DNA from: Macrostomum lignano
Taxonomy: Eukaryota
DNA: 64,000 nucleotides
Direction: 5' to 3'
NCBI GenBank assembly: GCA_002269645.1
Contig: NIVC01002238.1
Location: 62,001-126,000 of the forward strand
The notes under the pieces were generated by a model. The model did no database searches and had not been told where the DNA came from. It saw only the letters and a list, made by a program, of their open reading frames with translations. The position numbers and the translations under genes were made by a program. Below are positions 1 through 12,517 of the stretch, piece after piece; the first letter of the stretch is position 1; each line of letters opens with the position of its first letter.

Positions 1-2037
1 GCAAATGGACAGCATATTGACAGTAAACTGACAGTGAATTGACAGTGAATTGACAGTAGATTGACAGTGAATTGACAGTAGATTGACTGTGAATTGACAG
101 TAGATTGACAGTAGATTGACAGTGAATTGACAGTAGATTGACAGTAGATTGACAGTGAATTGACAGTAGATTGACAGTAGATTGACAGTGAATTGACAGT
201 AGATTGACAGTGAATTGACAGTAGATTGACAGTAGATTGACAGTAGATTGACAGTAGATTGACAGTAGATTGACAGTGAATTGACAGTAGATTGACAGTA
301 GATTGACAGTAGATTGACAGTAGATTGACAGTAGATTGACAGTGAATTGACAGTAGATTGACAGTAGATTGATAGTGAATTGACAGTGAATTGACAGTAG
401 ATTGACAGTAGATTGACAGTGAATTGACAGTAGATTGACAGTAGATTGACAGTGAATTGACAGTAGATTGACAGTAGATTGATAGTGAATTGACAGTGAA
501 TTGACAGTGAATTGACAGTAGATTGACAGTGAATTGACAGTAGATTGACAGTAGATTGACAGTGAATTGACAGTGAATTGACAGTAGATTGACAGTAGAT
601 TGACAGTAGATTGACAGTGAATTGACAGTAGATTGACAGCATATTGACAGTAAACTGACAGTGAATTGACAGTAGATTGACAGTAGATTGACAGTAGATT
701 GACAGTAGATTGACAGTGAATTGACAGTAGATTGACAGTAGATTGACAGTGAATTGACAGTAGATTGACAGTAGATTGATAGTGAATTGACAGTGAATTG
801 ACAGTGAATTGACAGTAGATTGACAGTAGATTGACAGTAGATTGACAGTGAATTGACAGTAGATTGACAGTAGATTGACAGTGAATTGACAGTAGATTGA
901 CAGTAGATTGACAGTAGATTGATAGTGAATTGACAGTGAATTGACAGTGAATTGACAGTAGATTGACAGTAGATTGACAGTGAATTGACAGTAGATTGAC
1001 AGTAGATTGATAGTGAATTGACAGTGAATTGACAGTGAATTGACAGTAGATTGACAGTGAATTGACAGTGAATTGACAGTAGATTGACAGTAGATTGACA
1101 GTAGATTGACAGTAGATTGACAGTGAATTGACAGTAGATTGACAGTAGATTGACAGTGAATTGACAGTGAATTGACAGTAGATTGACAGTAGATTGACAG
1201 TAGATTGACAGTGAATTGACAGTAGATTGACAGCATATTGACAGTAAACTGACAGTGAATTGACAGTAGATTGACAGTAGATTGACAGTAGATTGACAGT
1301 AGATTGACATGAATTGACAGTAGATTGACAGTAGATTGACAGTGAATTGACAGTGAATTGACAGTAGATTGACAGTAGATTGACAGTAGATTGACAGTAG
1401 ATTGACAGTGAATTGACAGTGAATTTACAGTAGATTGACAGTAGATTGACAGTAGATTGACAGTAGATTGACAGTGAATTGACAGTAGATTGACAGTAGA
1501 TTGACAGTGAATTGACAGTAGATTGACAGTAGATTGATAGTGAATTGACAGTGAATTGACAGTGAATTGACAGTAGATTGACAGTAGATTGACAGTGAAT
1601 TGACAGTAGATTGACAGTAGATTGATAGTGAATTGACAGTGAATTGACAGTGAATTGACAGTAGATTGACAGTGAATTGACAGTGAATTGACAGTAGATT
1701 GACAGTAGATTGACAGTAGATTGACAGTAGATTGACAGTGAATTGACAGTAGATTGACAGTAGATTGACAGTGAATTGACAGTGAATTGACAGTAGATTG
1801 ACAGTAGATTGACAGTAGATTGACAGTAGATTGACAGTGAATTGACAGTAGATTGACAGTAGATTGACAGTGAATTGACAGTGAATTGACAGTAGATTGA
1901 CAGTAGATTGACAGTAGATTGACAGTAGATTGACAGTGAATTGACAGTGAATTGACAGTAGATTGACAGTAGATTGACAGTAGATTGACAGTAGATTGAC
2001 AGTGAATTGACAGTAGATTGACAGTGAATTGACAGTA
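1..2037. repeat. 11-bp tandem satellite TTGACAG(TAGA/TGAA), truncated by the window start
   Basis: Uninterrupted array of two 11-mer variants; a rare variant block AGCATATTGACAGTAAACTGAC recurs at about 11, 638 and 1232. Confidence 0.97.
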
Positions 2038-3724
2038 TAAAGACAGACAGCCCCAGAGTGGCGAGAGGAGGAAAGTGGGCACTAGAAGCAAAATCAGGTT
2101 CGGCAATTTGATCGGCAAAGCGAGAGAAAAGTGGGAGCAGAGCACTGGGAACAGGACAGATTAATGATGTTGCAGACTTCCCTAGCTCTCCACCTGGCAC
2201 CCAGACCAGCACCCAGACCAGCTATCTCCCATTTTCAAGAGGAAGTGACGCAGTTTGGAGTCAGCCAGGTGTTACATAACTTGCATGACACAAATTAAGT
2301 GCGATAATAGAACGGCAAGTGGAGACGGGCACACCTGCATGGCCAGAGATGCCAACCTCGAAAGCGTGACTGCTCCACCATAGGAAGTCCCGGCTAAGAG
2401 GTGAAATTTTCGAATAGTTTTACGAAACGATGAACTCGCTGTCTCATTAATTTATCCCCAATCTCCCATAGGATCGGCTGATAGCCGCCAAAGATGCCGG
2501 CACGAGTATATCGAGGGCTGTTTATTAATATTTTACATGCTAATCTTCTGCAGAACTGCTACTGCTAAAGCCGAGTTGAGACATTTGAGACGCAAATCGA
2601 TTGGCATCGCAAAATTTGAACCAATTTGACAATTTGGTCTCCGGGGTGAAATCTGATGCGAATTCGTAAAGCGAGAGGCCAAGCCAGCGCAGCCTCAAGT
2701 GCCATTGGGATGGGCGATGAAAGTTGGCCAACCTTTCAACTTTCATTCCCGATTCCGGAGCTGCCGGATCAATCAATCAAGTGGCAGTGCGCGAGAGAAC
2801 TCTACTTGGCAAACACCTTCAGCTGCTCAGCTCTCATGGAGCGTACTCGAGTAATTTGAGACTGAAGATAAATCCATCATCAATCCATCCAGCAGCTTCA
2901 CGAATGCAACATTTTTCAGTTTTTTCCCTCTGATTCCTTCGCCTCGAGAATAACTTTTGAAGACAATCGAACAGGATTCGGTTCAAATTCTCCCACAGCT
3001 CTCGAGTCGGCCGGATCCGCTGCTTGTATAATCAATTAGAGAGCTTTGCGCTGTCAGCCCAGTAAATCCCAGTGAAGGAAGCAAGCTTTAAAATATCCGA
3101 TGGGAAGCTGGATGGAGAAACAGCTCCCTGGCTTTTTTATCCCAACTTCAAGGCTATAGCGTTCTAAAGTGAGCTGCATGGCTTGAGTCAAGGAGGCCTA
3201 AAACAGAAAGTCTGGTCACCTGGCCTGTCTTTCCTTCCTTCCCAAATCATCCATTTTCAAGACACAGCGCAGAGACTTAAAAACTCATCGACTTCTCCCA
3301 TGGGATTAACTGTAACCTGGTTCTGTTTTCTTTCAAGAAATTTGCGAGTCAAACCTCAGAAAAGCAACACACTTTGCTCTGATTGTAATTCAAAAGTCCA
3401 GGAGGTGAGATGCTGGGAATTTAGTGCTAATCAATGGAAAAACTTCCTCGAGAGATTGACTAGGAAGAATTTTGGATGATGCGAAGGCTGTGAAACGCCC
3501 CCCCCCCCACTACCTGCTGATTCTTTCCAGACTCCTGCTCAAAGTCTCCTTGGTTGAGTCGCTTCATCTCTCTCTTCCACTCTCTTAGCCTCACCGTCAG
3601 CCGAGAGCCAATGGCGCTGAGGCGGTCGTCCCAGCCTCCACTGACGATGAGGGAATAAAATAGGAAGTCCAATGAATGATTTGTTAGACAAATTTAGAAA
3701 GACAACTTTTGGCTCTCTTCAGTT

Positions 3725-5556
3725 ATGACTGCAGCGGTGCTGGCAGCTCTGGGCTGTCTGGTTGGGGCACCTCTGACCGTGGCAGCGGCCTCCTCTACAG
3801 GCCTGAACCTGTTCGACTTCGACTTCAGCTGGGTGCCCCGCAGTCCCAGAGCCAACGACACGGTGCGCTTCCTTGCGCATCAGCCTCACTATGTTGGCGA
3901 CCTCTGGCTGCCAGATCAGCGGTTTCGCTGGTACAAACTGCTGCCCAGGACCGGCTTCCGGCTGCTGAAGGTCGGCCCGAGGTACCAGGCCAGTGCGAGC
4001 TCAGACTATTTTCAGGTGCGTGTGGCTGGCGCAGGGAGATGGAGACTGAGGGAGATGGAGACTGAGGGAGATGGAGACTGAGGGAGATGGAGACTGAGGG
4101 AGATGGAGACTGAGGGAGATGGAGACTGAGGGAGATGGAGACTGAGGGAGATGGAGACTGAGGGAGATGGAGACTGAGGGAGATGGAGACTGAGGGAGAT
4201 GGAGACTGAGGGAGTAGACAGGAAGTGAAGGAGTAGACAGGAAGTGAAGGAGTAGACAGGAAGTGAGGGAGTAGACAGGAAGTGAGGGAGTAGACAGGAA
4301 GTGAGGGAGTAGACAGGAAGTGAAGGAGTAGACAGGAAGTGAGGGAGTAGACAGGAAGTGAGGGAGTAGACAGGAAGTGAGGGAGTAGACAGGAAGTGAG
4401 GGAGTAGACAGGAAGTGAGGGAGTAGACAGGAAGTGAAGGAGTAGACAGGAAGTGAGGGAGTAGACAGGAAGTGAAGGAGTAGACAGGAAGTGAGGGAGT
4501 AGACGGGAAATGAGGGAGTAGACAGGAAGTGAAGGAGTAGACAGGAAGTGAGGGAGTAGACAGGAAGTGAGGGAGTAGACAGGAAGTGAGGGAGTAGACA
4601 GGAAGTGAGGGAGTAGACAGGAAGTGAAGGAGTAGACAGGAAGTGAGGGAGTAGACAGGAAGTGAGGGAGTAGACAGGAAGTGAAGGAGTAGACAGGAAG
4701 TGAGGGAGTAGACAGGAAGTGAAGGAGTAGACAGGAAGTGAGGGAGTAGACAGGAAGTGAAGGAGTAGACAGGAAGTGAGGGAGTAGACAGGAAGTGAAG
4801 GAGTAGACAGGAAGTGAGGGAGTAGACAGGAAGTGAAGGAGTAGACAGGAAGTGAGGGAGTAGACGGGAAATGAGGGAGTACGCAATAGAGTTTATTATA
4901 GCTCAAGGCAAAGGATTAAGAACTTCAAGTGTGCAACAGGTGCTTTACCTGCCCGATCCCCCTCCCAGGGCCTCTACAAGCTCCGCGTGCAATTGGTCGA
5001 TGACGGCGACAACGCCACTCGCCGCTACGTAGACGTTGTCAAATACGTTGGCGTGCAGTCTCGAGTTCGAGCCCTCCTACTGGCCGACGGCCGGTCGCTC
5101 CGTCGATCGAGCGACGCTGACGTCAGCCTGCCGGTTGAGAATCTGACCTGCAGATTCTGGGGCCAGCCGCGCCTGGAGCGGCTGCACTTTTGGGCGCCGC
5201 CTGCTGCCGGCTGCACCGGGCCGCAGTTCGCCGAGCACCTTCAGGACCGGCCGTATGTCGACTTGGTGACGGGGTGTCGCTCGCTGGCGCCAGGTCGATA
5301 CGTCTGCGCCGGCGGCAACGACTTGGGCGATTGGCAGCTGCACTGCCAGCTGCCGCCGGCCGCGGGCCTTGGCGACAGGCTCTGCTACCTGCCGGGGCCG
5401 TGGCCGCGGCCAGGCCTGCGGCTGACCGACTCTGACGGGGCCGCGGAGGGGAGGCGTGGCGCAGCGAAAGGCGCCGCTGGATTGGCCGCCGTTGGTGTCG
5501 CTGCCGCTGCCGCCGCTGCCGCCGCTGCCGCCGCTGCCTCGGTGCTGTACACTTGA
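3725..5556 (+). CDS. Two-exon secreted or membrane-anchored protein with probable Ig-like folds (about 292 aa)
   Basis: Exon 1 is 3725-4015 (ATG 2 nt after acceptor ctcttcag; ends TTTCAG|gtgcg, phase 0). Exon 2 is 4969-5556 (cctcccag|GGC CTC TAC AAG, in frame with ORF 4987). The joined protein has a hydrophobic N-terminus (AAVLAALGCLVGAPLTVAAA), Ig strand-F-like motifs (FQGLYKLRV; PGRYVCAGGNDLG) and a hydrophobic poly-Ala C-terminus. The Ig assignment is inference. Confidence 0.6.
4036..4880. repeat. Intronic compound minisatellite: 16-mer GGAGATGGAGACTGAG then 19-mer GAGTAGACAGGAAGTGA(A/G)G
   Basis: Direct tandem units; they explain the spurious ORFs 3825-4886 and 4001-4906 (16- and 19-residue periodicity). 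Confidence 0.95.
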
Positions 5557-5751
5557 TCTGAGCTGGTGTACATATAGTAGCTCATATATAGTCAACTAAA
5601 GTGAAAAGCTGGACCAACTCGCTGCGAAAGCCGCTAGAGAGAGTTCTGTTGGGAACGCGGATGATTTGCAAGTTGAGCATCCTGTTGATCATGATCATGT
5701 TGATCAGTCCCTGTCTCTGCTCACTGGCTGAGCTGTGTGAGACTTGTGAAT

Positions 5752-6936
5752 GACCAGGTGTGAGGTATTGAATCCCTGTGTGTGAGGGAACTTGAATGAC
5801 CAGGTGTGAGGCATTGAATCCCTGTGTGTGAGGTATTGAATCCCTGTGTGTGAGGTATTGAATCCCTGTGTGTGAGGGAACTTGAATGACCAGGTGTGAG
5901 GTATTGAATCCCTGTGTGTGAGGTATTGAATCCCTGTGTGTGAGGGAACTTGAATGACCAGGTGTGAGGTATTGAATCCCTGTGTGTGAGGTATTGAATC
6001 CCTATGTGTGAGGGAACTTGAATGACCAGGTGTGAGGTATTGAATCCCTGTGTGTGAGGTATTGAATCCTTGTGTGTGAGGGAACTTGAATGACCAGGTG
6101 TGAGGTATTGAATCCCTGTGTGTGAGGTATTGAATCCCTGTGTGTGAGGGAACTTGAATGACCAGGTGTGAGGTATTGAATCCCTGTGTGTGAGGTATTG
6201 AAGCCCTGTGTGTGAGGGAACTTGAATGACCAGGTGTGAGGTATTGAATCCCTGTGTGTGAGGGAACTTGAATGAACAGGTGTGAGGTATTGAAGCCGTG
6301 TGTGTGAGGTATTGAATCCCTGTGTGTGAGGGAACTTGAATGAACAGGTGTGAGGTATTGAATCCCTGTGTGTGAGGGAACTTGAATGAACAGGTGTGAG
6401 GTATTGAATCCCTGTGTGTGAGGGAACTTGAATGAACAGGTGTGAGGTATTGAAGCCGTGTGTGTGAGGTATTGAAGCCCTGTGTGTGAGGGAACTTGAA
6501 TGACCAGGTGTGAGGTATTGAATCCCTGTGTGTGAGGGAACTTGAATGAACAGGTGTGAGGTATTGAATCCCTGTGTGTGAGGGAACTTGAATCAACAGG
6601 TGTGAGGTATTGAATCCCTGTGTGTGAGGGAACGTGAATGACCAGGTGTGAGGTATTGAATCCCTGTATGTGAGGGAACGTGAATGACCAGGTGTGAGGT
6701 ATTGAATCCCTGTGTGTGAGGGAACTTGAATGACCAGGTGTGAGGTATTGAATCCCTGTGTGTGAGGGAACGTGAATGACCAGGTGTCAGGTATTGAATC
6801 CCTGTGTGTGAGGGAACGTGAATGACCAGGTGTGAGGTATTGAATCCCTGTATGTGAGGGAACGTGAATGACCAGGTGTGAGGTATTGAATCCCTGTGTG
6901 TGAGGTAACTTGAATGACCAGGTGTGAGGTATTGAA
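5752..6936. repeat. Composite 46-bp (22+24) minisatellite
   Basis: Units GTGTGAGGTATTGAATCCCTGT and GTGTGAGGGAACTTGAATGACCAG mixed in tandem; explains ORF 5721-7001. Confidence 0.95.
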
Positions 6937-7783
6937 TAAATGAGTTTGCAAATTTGATTGACTATTTGTATAGTTTTAAATGAAGGAGAATAAGATTTCA
7001 AATGACTGTGTGAGACTTTGAATCATGCAGTCATGCAGTTAAGAACGCCAGACACAGCGTGCTTACAGCAGTAGTTCACACCCTGGAGTGCAAAAAGTAC
7101 TTTTATAATGCACGCTATTTTAATGTAATTTGCCTGCCAGTTCCATGAGCGGTGGGAAGCGGGCCCTTTATGTGATTGTGTCGAGCTCAGACTGTTAATT
7201 TCTAATGCCGACACTCCCACCAGACCAAATCCAGCTGCAATTCCCAACTCTTTCAGTCTCTCGCAATCAGCAAGTCGGTATTAAAATATTTTAATGTGTG
7301 CAATATAATTTTACGCAATTTAGTATATACGTATAAACGAATAACATTTTCAAAATTTTCCCGCTCTCAACAATATTTGGTTGCTAGTCCATACTTGATG
7401 TTAAAATGCCCAATGCCTAAAATGCTTTTTTCTGTTTATTCTATCAATATCAACTGCAAAGAGTACCATAGCATAAGTTGGAATGCCAATTTTGCAGCTG
7501 ACGCTGAAGCCAAAACTCCGGCCCGCGAAGCTTCTCTATCCGGACCTCGGGTCCTTTGAAACTTCACAATAGCAATCGCTCAAGGTTTGTCTCTCTTCTC
7601 TTTTCTCTTCCTTCTCTCCTCTCATCGCTGCTCTCCTATCTCATATCTTCCCTAGTATCTCCTTTCTCCTATCTCTCTTCTCTCTTCTCTATTTTCTCTG
7701 ACCCTTTCTTCTCTTCTCTCCTCTTTGCCGACCGCGACCGTTCGTTAGTACAACATCTTTAACTTATGCTTATGCACCATTTT

Positions 7784-7974
7784 CAAGAAGTTCTATAATT
7801 AGCAATCTGGAGCGGAAGCGAGTTTTACATCATGAGGCCACGCCAATTGTAAAGATTAGGAGCCAGCACTGAATGTCTATGGCACTGTCTGACTCTGTCT
7901 ATGCTAGTCTGGCCTCATGAGGTAAAACTGAAAAACTCGTTTCCACTCCAGGTTGCTGGTTATGGAACTCCTTG
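7784..7974. mobile_element. hAT-type MITE (191 bp)
   Basis: Imperfect TIRs of about 57-65 bp (CAAGAAGTTCTATAATTAGCAATCTGGAGCGGAAGCGAG... / ...CTCGTTTCCACTCCAGGTTGCTGGTTATGGAACTCCTTG), flanked by an exact 8-bp TSD ACCATTTT (7776-7783 and 7975-7982). 8-bp TSDs are typical of hAT elements. Confidence 0.8.
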
Positions 7975-8431
7975 ACCATTTTAAGTTTCTACGGTCTGTA
8001 CTGTCTATGGTCAAAAGTATTTTGGCTACAATTGCTGTTGCGAAATTAGCATTCCAACATATGCTCGGTACAAGGACAACTTAATCACTAAGGAATAACT
8101 GTCTATTATTATTTTCTCTGGCTCTAACATCGTCTAAAAGTGCATTCTAATTGCTAAGATAGCATAAGATTGTAAATAACTATAAACAAAGAGTTTAACC
8201 AAGCTTTAGCCAAAGCTGGCGATGTGAGTCGATCATCCCAGCTCAAGCTTAGCAGCAGGACAAATAAAAAACAAGCAATTCACCTGTCATCAATTAACTA
8301 CACACTCCAAAGTCTCAACTTCTCAAAGGCCGTCATCAAAGGTGCCGGACAGTCTGCTCTTGTCCAGCTTCCCATCCGCTTGCTCTTCATCAAATGGTTG
8401 CTTCATCCGGCAGTTTGCGTGACCAGATTCT

Positions 8432-8435
<4 letters not shown>

Positions 8436-8478
<43 letters not shown>
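8436..8478. repeat. (CT)n microsatellite
   Basis: Perfect dinucleotide run. Confidence 0.95.
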
Positions 8479-8481
<3 letters not shown>

Positions 8482-9538
8482 ACCTTTGAGACATTCATCT
8501 CATTCATCTCTACCTTCTCTCATGCTGCCATGTTGGTGCCGAAACTTTCCAACTGCGCTGTTGCAGCCAGGTAGGGCATTGTCTCTCAGCTGGGGTTGGG
8601 GGAGGGGTTTTAAACTGCGCCCGGTAGTTCCTCTCAAATTTTGCGACAATGAGCAACCCGCTCGCCTTTGTATGCGAGGGGGGGTGCGGTTTCTCCCTTC
8701 TCCCCTTCTCTTTCTTCCCGCATTCCCCATAGTGTTCCAGCGGCTGCCATGGCCCCACAGTGAAAAAAAAGCCTCAAAAAAGCTTTCTTAAAGCTTAAAA
8801 AACATATTGAGTTGCTTAGTCAATTTCTTGATGATGAACAATCGAGAGCTTCTTCGCCACATCTTCGTTACTTCTCAATGTTTAGTGCAAGTATGAGTAC
8901 TGTGTAGTTATTGATTTTCTGTCTGAATCGTTTCTCGTCCAATAGCAGTAGTAGTTTTATACCAACCATCTCAGCAATGTTTTGGTCAATGTTTAAGTAT
9001 CAGAGGGGCACATTGCACAACTCAAATTTAGCAATTGTCATTAACATGCTTCTCTGTTTGCAGTAGAAATTGTCTGCTGCAATAGAGCTTTCCCGGCTTA
9101 ATCCCGAGACTAATTGCTATTCTAAGTCAGATAAGGATAAAAGTTCATTGGAAAATTGAGCTAGCTGCTAGTCACAGCTCGTATGTATATCGTAGCTAAA
9201 ATGCAGTTCATGCTTGAAATACGCTATATTAGTAAATGCACCTATCAGTCAGCATATTATCAAATCTATCAAAGTGCATCGGCCATAGATATAGCTGACT
9301 TCACACGAGAGGGTCTGCAGCGACTCCCGACTCCTGCCGCGACTCGTGGGGAAGGCAACATCGGGCCATAGACATTTCAGAGTACAGTCAGAAAAGAGCC
9401 CTTTGCTTTGTCACTATTGCCAGCGCCCTTGGATTCCCTATTAGCAAGTTCTAGGCAAAAGGCTCGCATGATTTTTCGACCGTCAATCCAAGAGAGCCCA
9501 GATATTCACGAAAGCCTGAAAAGCGTACAAGTTCACAA

Positions 9539-10948
9539 ATGCAAGAATTGGCAATGGCGGACCCCGAAGGCAAAATCTGCAGGTACTTTAACACCCTCGG
9601 CGGGTGCTGGTACGGACAGCAGTGCAAGTTTCTGCACATCCCAAACCAAAAGCCGCCGTGCAAGTTTTTCTTCTCTGCTTCTGGCTGCCGGTTCGGCGAT
9701 GCGTGCCATTTTTCCCACGATCGCCTGCCGCTGAAGTCCGTAGAGAACGGCGCCCCCGAGTCTGAGGAGCTTCCCAGCGAGGACATTAAGGCTGCTAGCA
9801 CCGGAGCTTCTGGCGAGGGCTATCAATCGGGGACTAACAACAACAGCATGTTCCAAACTGCCCAGCAGTTCGAAGCGCCCGAGACCGAACTGGTTGATAA
9901 CGGCGTCATCTACTGTACCACGTGCCGCAAAATGCTGCACAGGCAGGACAACGAGAGCTATTACAATCTGCTGCGCGACCACTATCTGGAGTGCTTCTTT
10001 GAAAAGGACGCCGAGCATATTAAAAACGTGCGCGTTCGCGCCTCGATGGAATTTGGATCGCTGTACTCGTGCAAGGTGTGCAACCTCGTGTTTGAGAAGC
10101 CCTGGTCTCTTTTCCAGCACTGCACCGACAAGGCTATCGGCAAGGCCATAAAATCGACTCGATTCGAGCGAAAGATGCACAACGAGTGGCTAGACGAAGT
10201 CGCTGGCTCCATGGCCGCTTACGACCTGGGCCTCTTCCCGCCAAACCAAGTCCGGGACAGCCTGCGCGAGAATATCGCCCCGCCGGCCGTTGAGGAGGAG
10301 ATTGAAACGGCCACAAACGCGCTCAACATGTGCATGCTGCTGAACTACATGCTCAACGGGCTGGGCATGCCGCAGGGCATCCTGCCGGCCGGCAGCGGAG
10401 GCGGCAGCGCTAGCGGCGTCGGCGGCGGCGTTGGTGGCGGTGGCGGTGGCGGTGGCGGTGGCGGCGGAATGCAACGCTACCAACATGGCCGCTCTATGAG
10501 TAGGTCGACGATGGGTGGCCGCGGTGGCGGAGGACCTCGCCGTCGGTTTGTCGGCAACTCGCAAGATCGAGCAGCGGCAGCTGCTGCCGCTGCTGCTGCG
10601 GCCGCTGCCGCATCTAAGACGGAGGCGACTTCGGCTCCGACTGCTGCGGACGCTACTGCCGATCGCGCGACCGACAGTGCGACTTCGGAGACAACGACAA
10701 GCACGCTGGTGGCAATGGCCTCGGCTGACAAGAAGCCGGACCCGGCGAGCGGCGATGTGGAGGCCCTGCCTGCATCGCCTGACACGAGCAGCGGCAACAC
10801 GTGGGGATTCAGCAAGGAGGAGGTTGGTGAGCTTCTGTCGCAGGGGATTAAACCGTGGGACCCGGAAGCCCCGACGGCGCTGGCTGCTATTCGCGGCGAA
10901 TTCGACTACTTGCTGAGCCAGAAAAATTCCGACTCATCGAGTGAATAA
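9539..10948 (+). CDS. Intronless protein (469 aa) with two N-terminal CCCH zinc fingers, central Cys/His-rich zinc-binding-like motifs and a low-complexity tail
   Basis: Long GC-rich ORF: CRYFNTLGGCWYGQQCKFLH and CKFFFSASGCRFGDACHFSH (CCCH-type spacing); CTTC...H and CKVCNLVFEKPWSLFQH; poly-Gly/RGG/poly-Ala; C-terminal WGFSKEEVGELLSQGIKPWD. The start could be the second Met (9554). Confidence 0.85.
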   Translation: MQELAMADPEGKICRYFNTLGGCWYGQQCKFLHIPNQKPPCKFFFSASGCRFGDACHFSHDRLPLKSVENGAPESEELPSEDIKAASTGASGEGYQSGTNNNSMFQTAQQFEAPETELVDNGVIYCTTCRKMLHRQDNESYYNLLRDHYLECFFEKDAEHIKNVRVRASMEFGSLYSCKVCNLVFEKPWSLFQHCTDKAIGKAIKSTRFERKMHNEWLDEVAGSMAAYDLGLFPPNQVRDSLRENIAPPAVEEEIETATNALNMCMLLNYMLNGLGMPQGILPAGSGGGSASGVGGGVGGGGGGGGGGGGMQRYQHGRSMSRSTMGGRGGGGPRRRFVGNSQDRAAAAAAAAAAAAAASKTEATSAPTAADATADRATDSATSETTTSTLVAMASADKKPDPASGDVEALPASPDTSSGNTWGFSKEEVGELLSQGIKPWDPEAPTALAAIRGEFDYLLSQKNSDSSSE

Positions 10949-12517
10949 GCCCGACTGGCTGAATCAAATCTAGCGTGCGAAAAATTGCAGTAAACTGAGA
11001 CCGAGTTAATCGCAGGAACTAAAAATCTGTTCTCTTTTCATTATCATTCATCATCGGCATCTTCTTTTGTTCTTCATCAAAAATCCATAGCAACGAGAAA
11101 AATATCCTATGCTCAACAGTTGCGCCTCTGTCGCTTGTGTCGCACATTTTGATGGCTTTCCTATGAAGCTACATATATGAATAGATCGAATACGTGTTTG
11201 TCAGAGGCGGAGGTGGAGAGTACAATACAAATCGACAGAGCTAAGCGACAGAGTGCCGTACCATTGTTGATTGCTTCTCACCTTTGTTTCCTGTTCCCCG
11301 GTCGAGTTTCACAAATTTTTGCCTTGGAAACGAACCGGCGATATCCGCGCGCACTAACCGAACTCCTATTTTTCAATATTCAGCAATCTGAAATTTTTGT
11401 TTTTGCAGACCATTTATTATTCCTTTTGTCCGCACTGGATTCGACGCCTCTCTTGATAGCTAAAATCCGTGCAAATTTATTGACCTTACCGTTTAGAAAA
11501 ATCCTATTTTAGGTTGCAGCGCATCCAACTGCACGAATAGATACTCACAGCAATCTTACAGGCGAAGTCGAATGCGTTTTTCGTGTCTGCAGCTCGCGCA
11601 AAGCATGTTGCCCCACCCTCTGCTCCCGGTTTTCCTGGGTCTGCTCCATTGTCAGCCGCCGAAACCTCGGATGCAGTGCCGGCCTCCGCTATTGTCCTTG
11701 CAATGTTTCACCCCCATCTCTTTGTTCGAAAAAAACTATATGCTTGAAAAAGCACTTTTTAGGCAGCGTAAAGGTCGGTGGGATAATTTTGGAAGATATA
11801 AAAATGCTTATTATAACCAAGGTCTGCTAATGCACGGATGCGTGATGTTTCGTCTGCTTACCGCAAAAGCATCACACTTTGTATGCTAAAAAGGTTTTTG
11901 TTGGCTAATTGGTGTGATTCGTTCTTTGGTTGAACACAAGAAATAAAATAGACACAACCTTCATTCCCTTCAATTCGATGCGGCTTTAATTATTTTGACT
12001 AGTTTCTTTTCTAATCTATTAAATTGAACGAAATACCGACAAAGCGCAGACGACAAAACACAGAACAGAATGCTCCTAAATTTAAAGGAATTTCTATTGC
12101 TTGATTTGAGTGTCTATAATGACTAACTATGGGTAGAAGGACGTTCTTGGAAAATTTTAGGAGTTTTACCGAAAAAATACATTACGGGGATAGGAAGTTT
12201 TCATTTTCTTAGCAGAGAATGGGTCGTTGAGACCAGGCTAGTGTGTACATCTTTTGATATATGTCTTGCCTTTTGATAGCTCTATTTATATTCATAAAGC
12301 TTTTTGCTTAGAAAACTGAGTCTATGTTAATTTTATATCCTTATTATTCTAAAAATATAAGATAAATTGGCATCAACTCGACTCGTTAGTTTTATGAATC
12401 AATATTTAATCATTCTCTTACATATGTTGTTACACAGTCATTAAGCTAAAAATGACAAAATAGATTCATAAAACCAATAAGTCGAGCTGTGCCATTTTTA
12501 TAATTTTAGGCACGCTT

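Noticed and set aside
1-2037. CRISPR-like array (also considered for the other tandem arrays)
   Set aside because: Units abut with no unique spacers, no cas genes are present, and the context is eukaryotic.
3825-7001. Long ORFs 3825-4886, 4001-4906 and 5721-7001
   Set aside because: They are translations of stop-free minisatellites; peptide periodicity equals the repeat unit length.
9533-10916. Antisense and alternative-frame ORFs over the CCCH gene
   Set aside because: Shadow ORFs of a GC-rich coding region with no motifs; the same applies over gag/pol, the glycosyltransferase and hbn.
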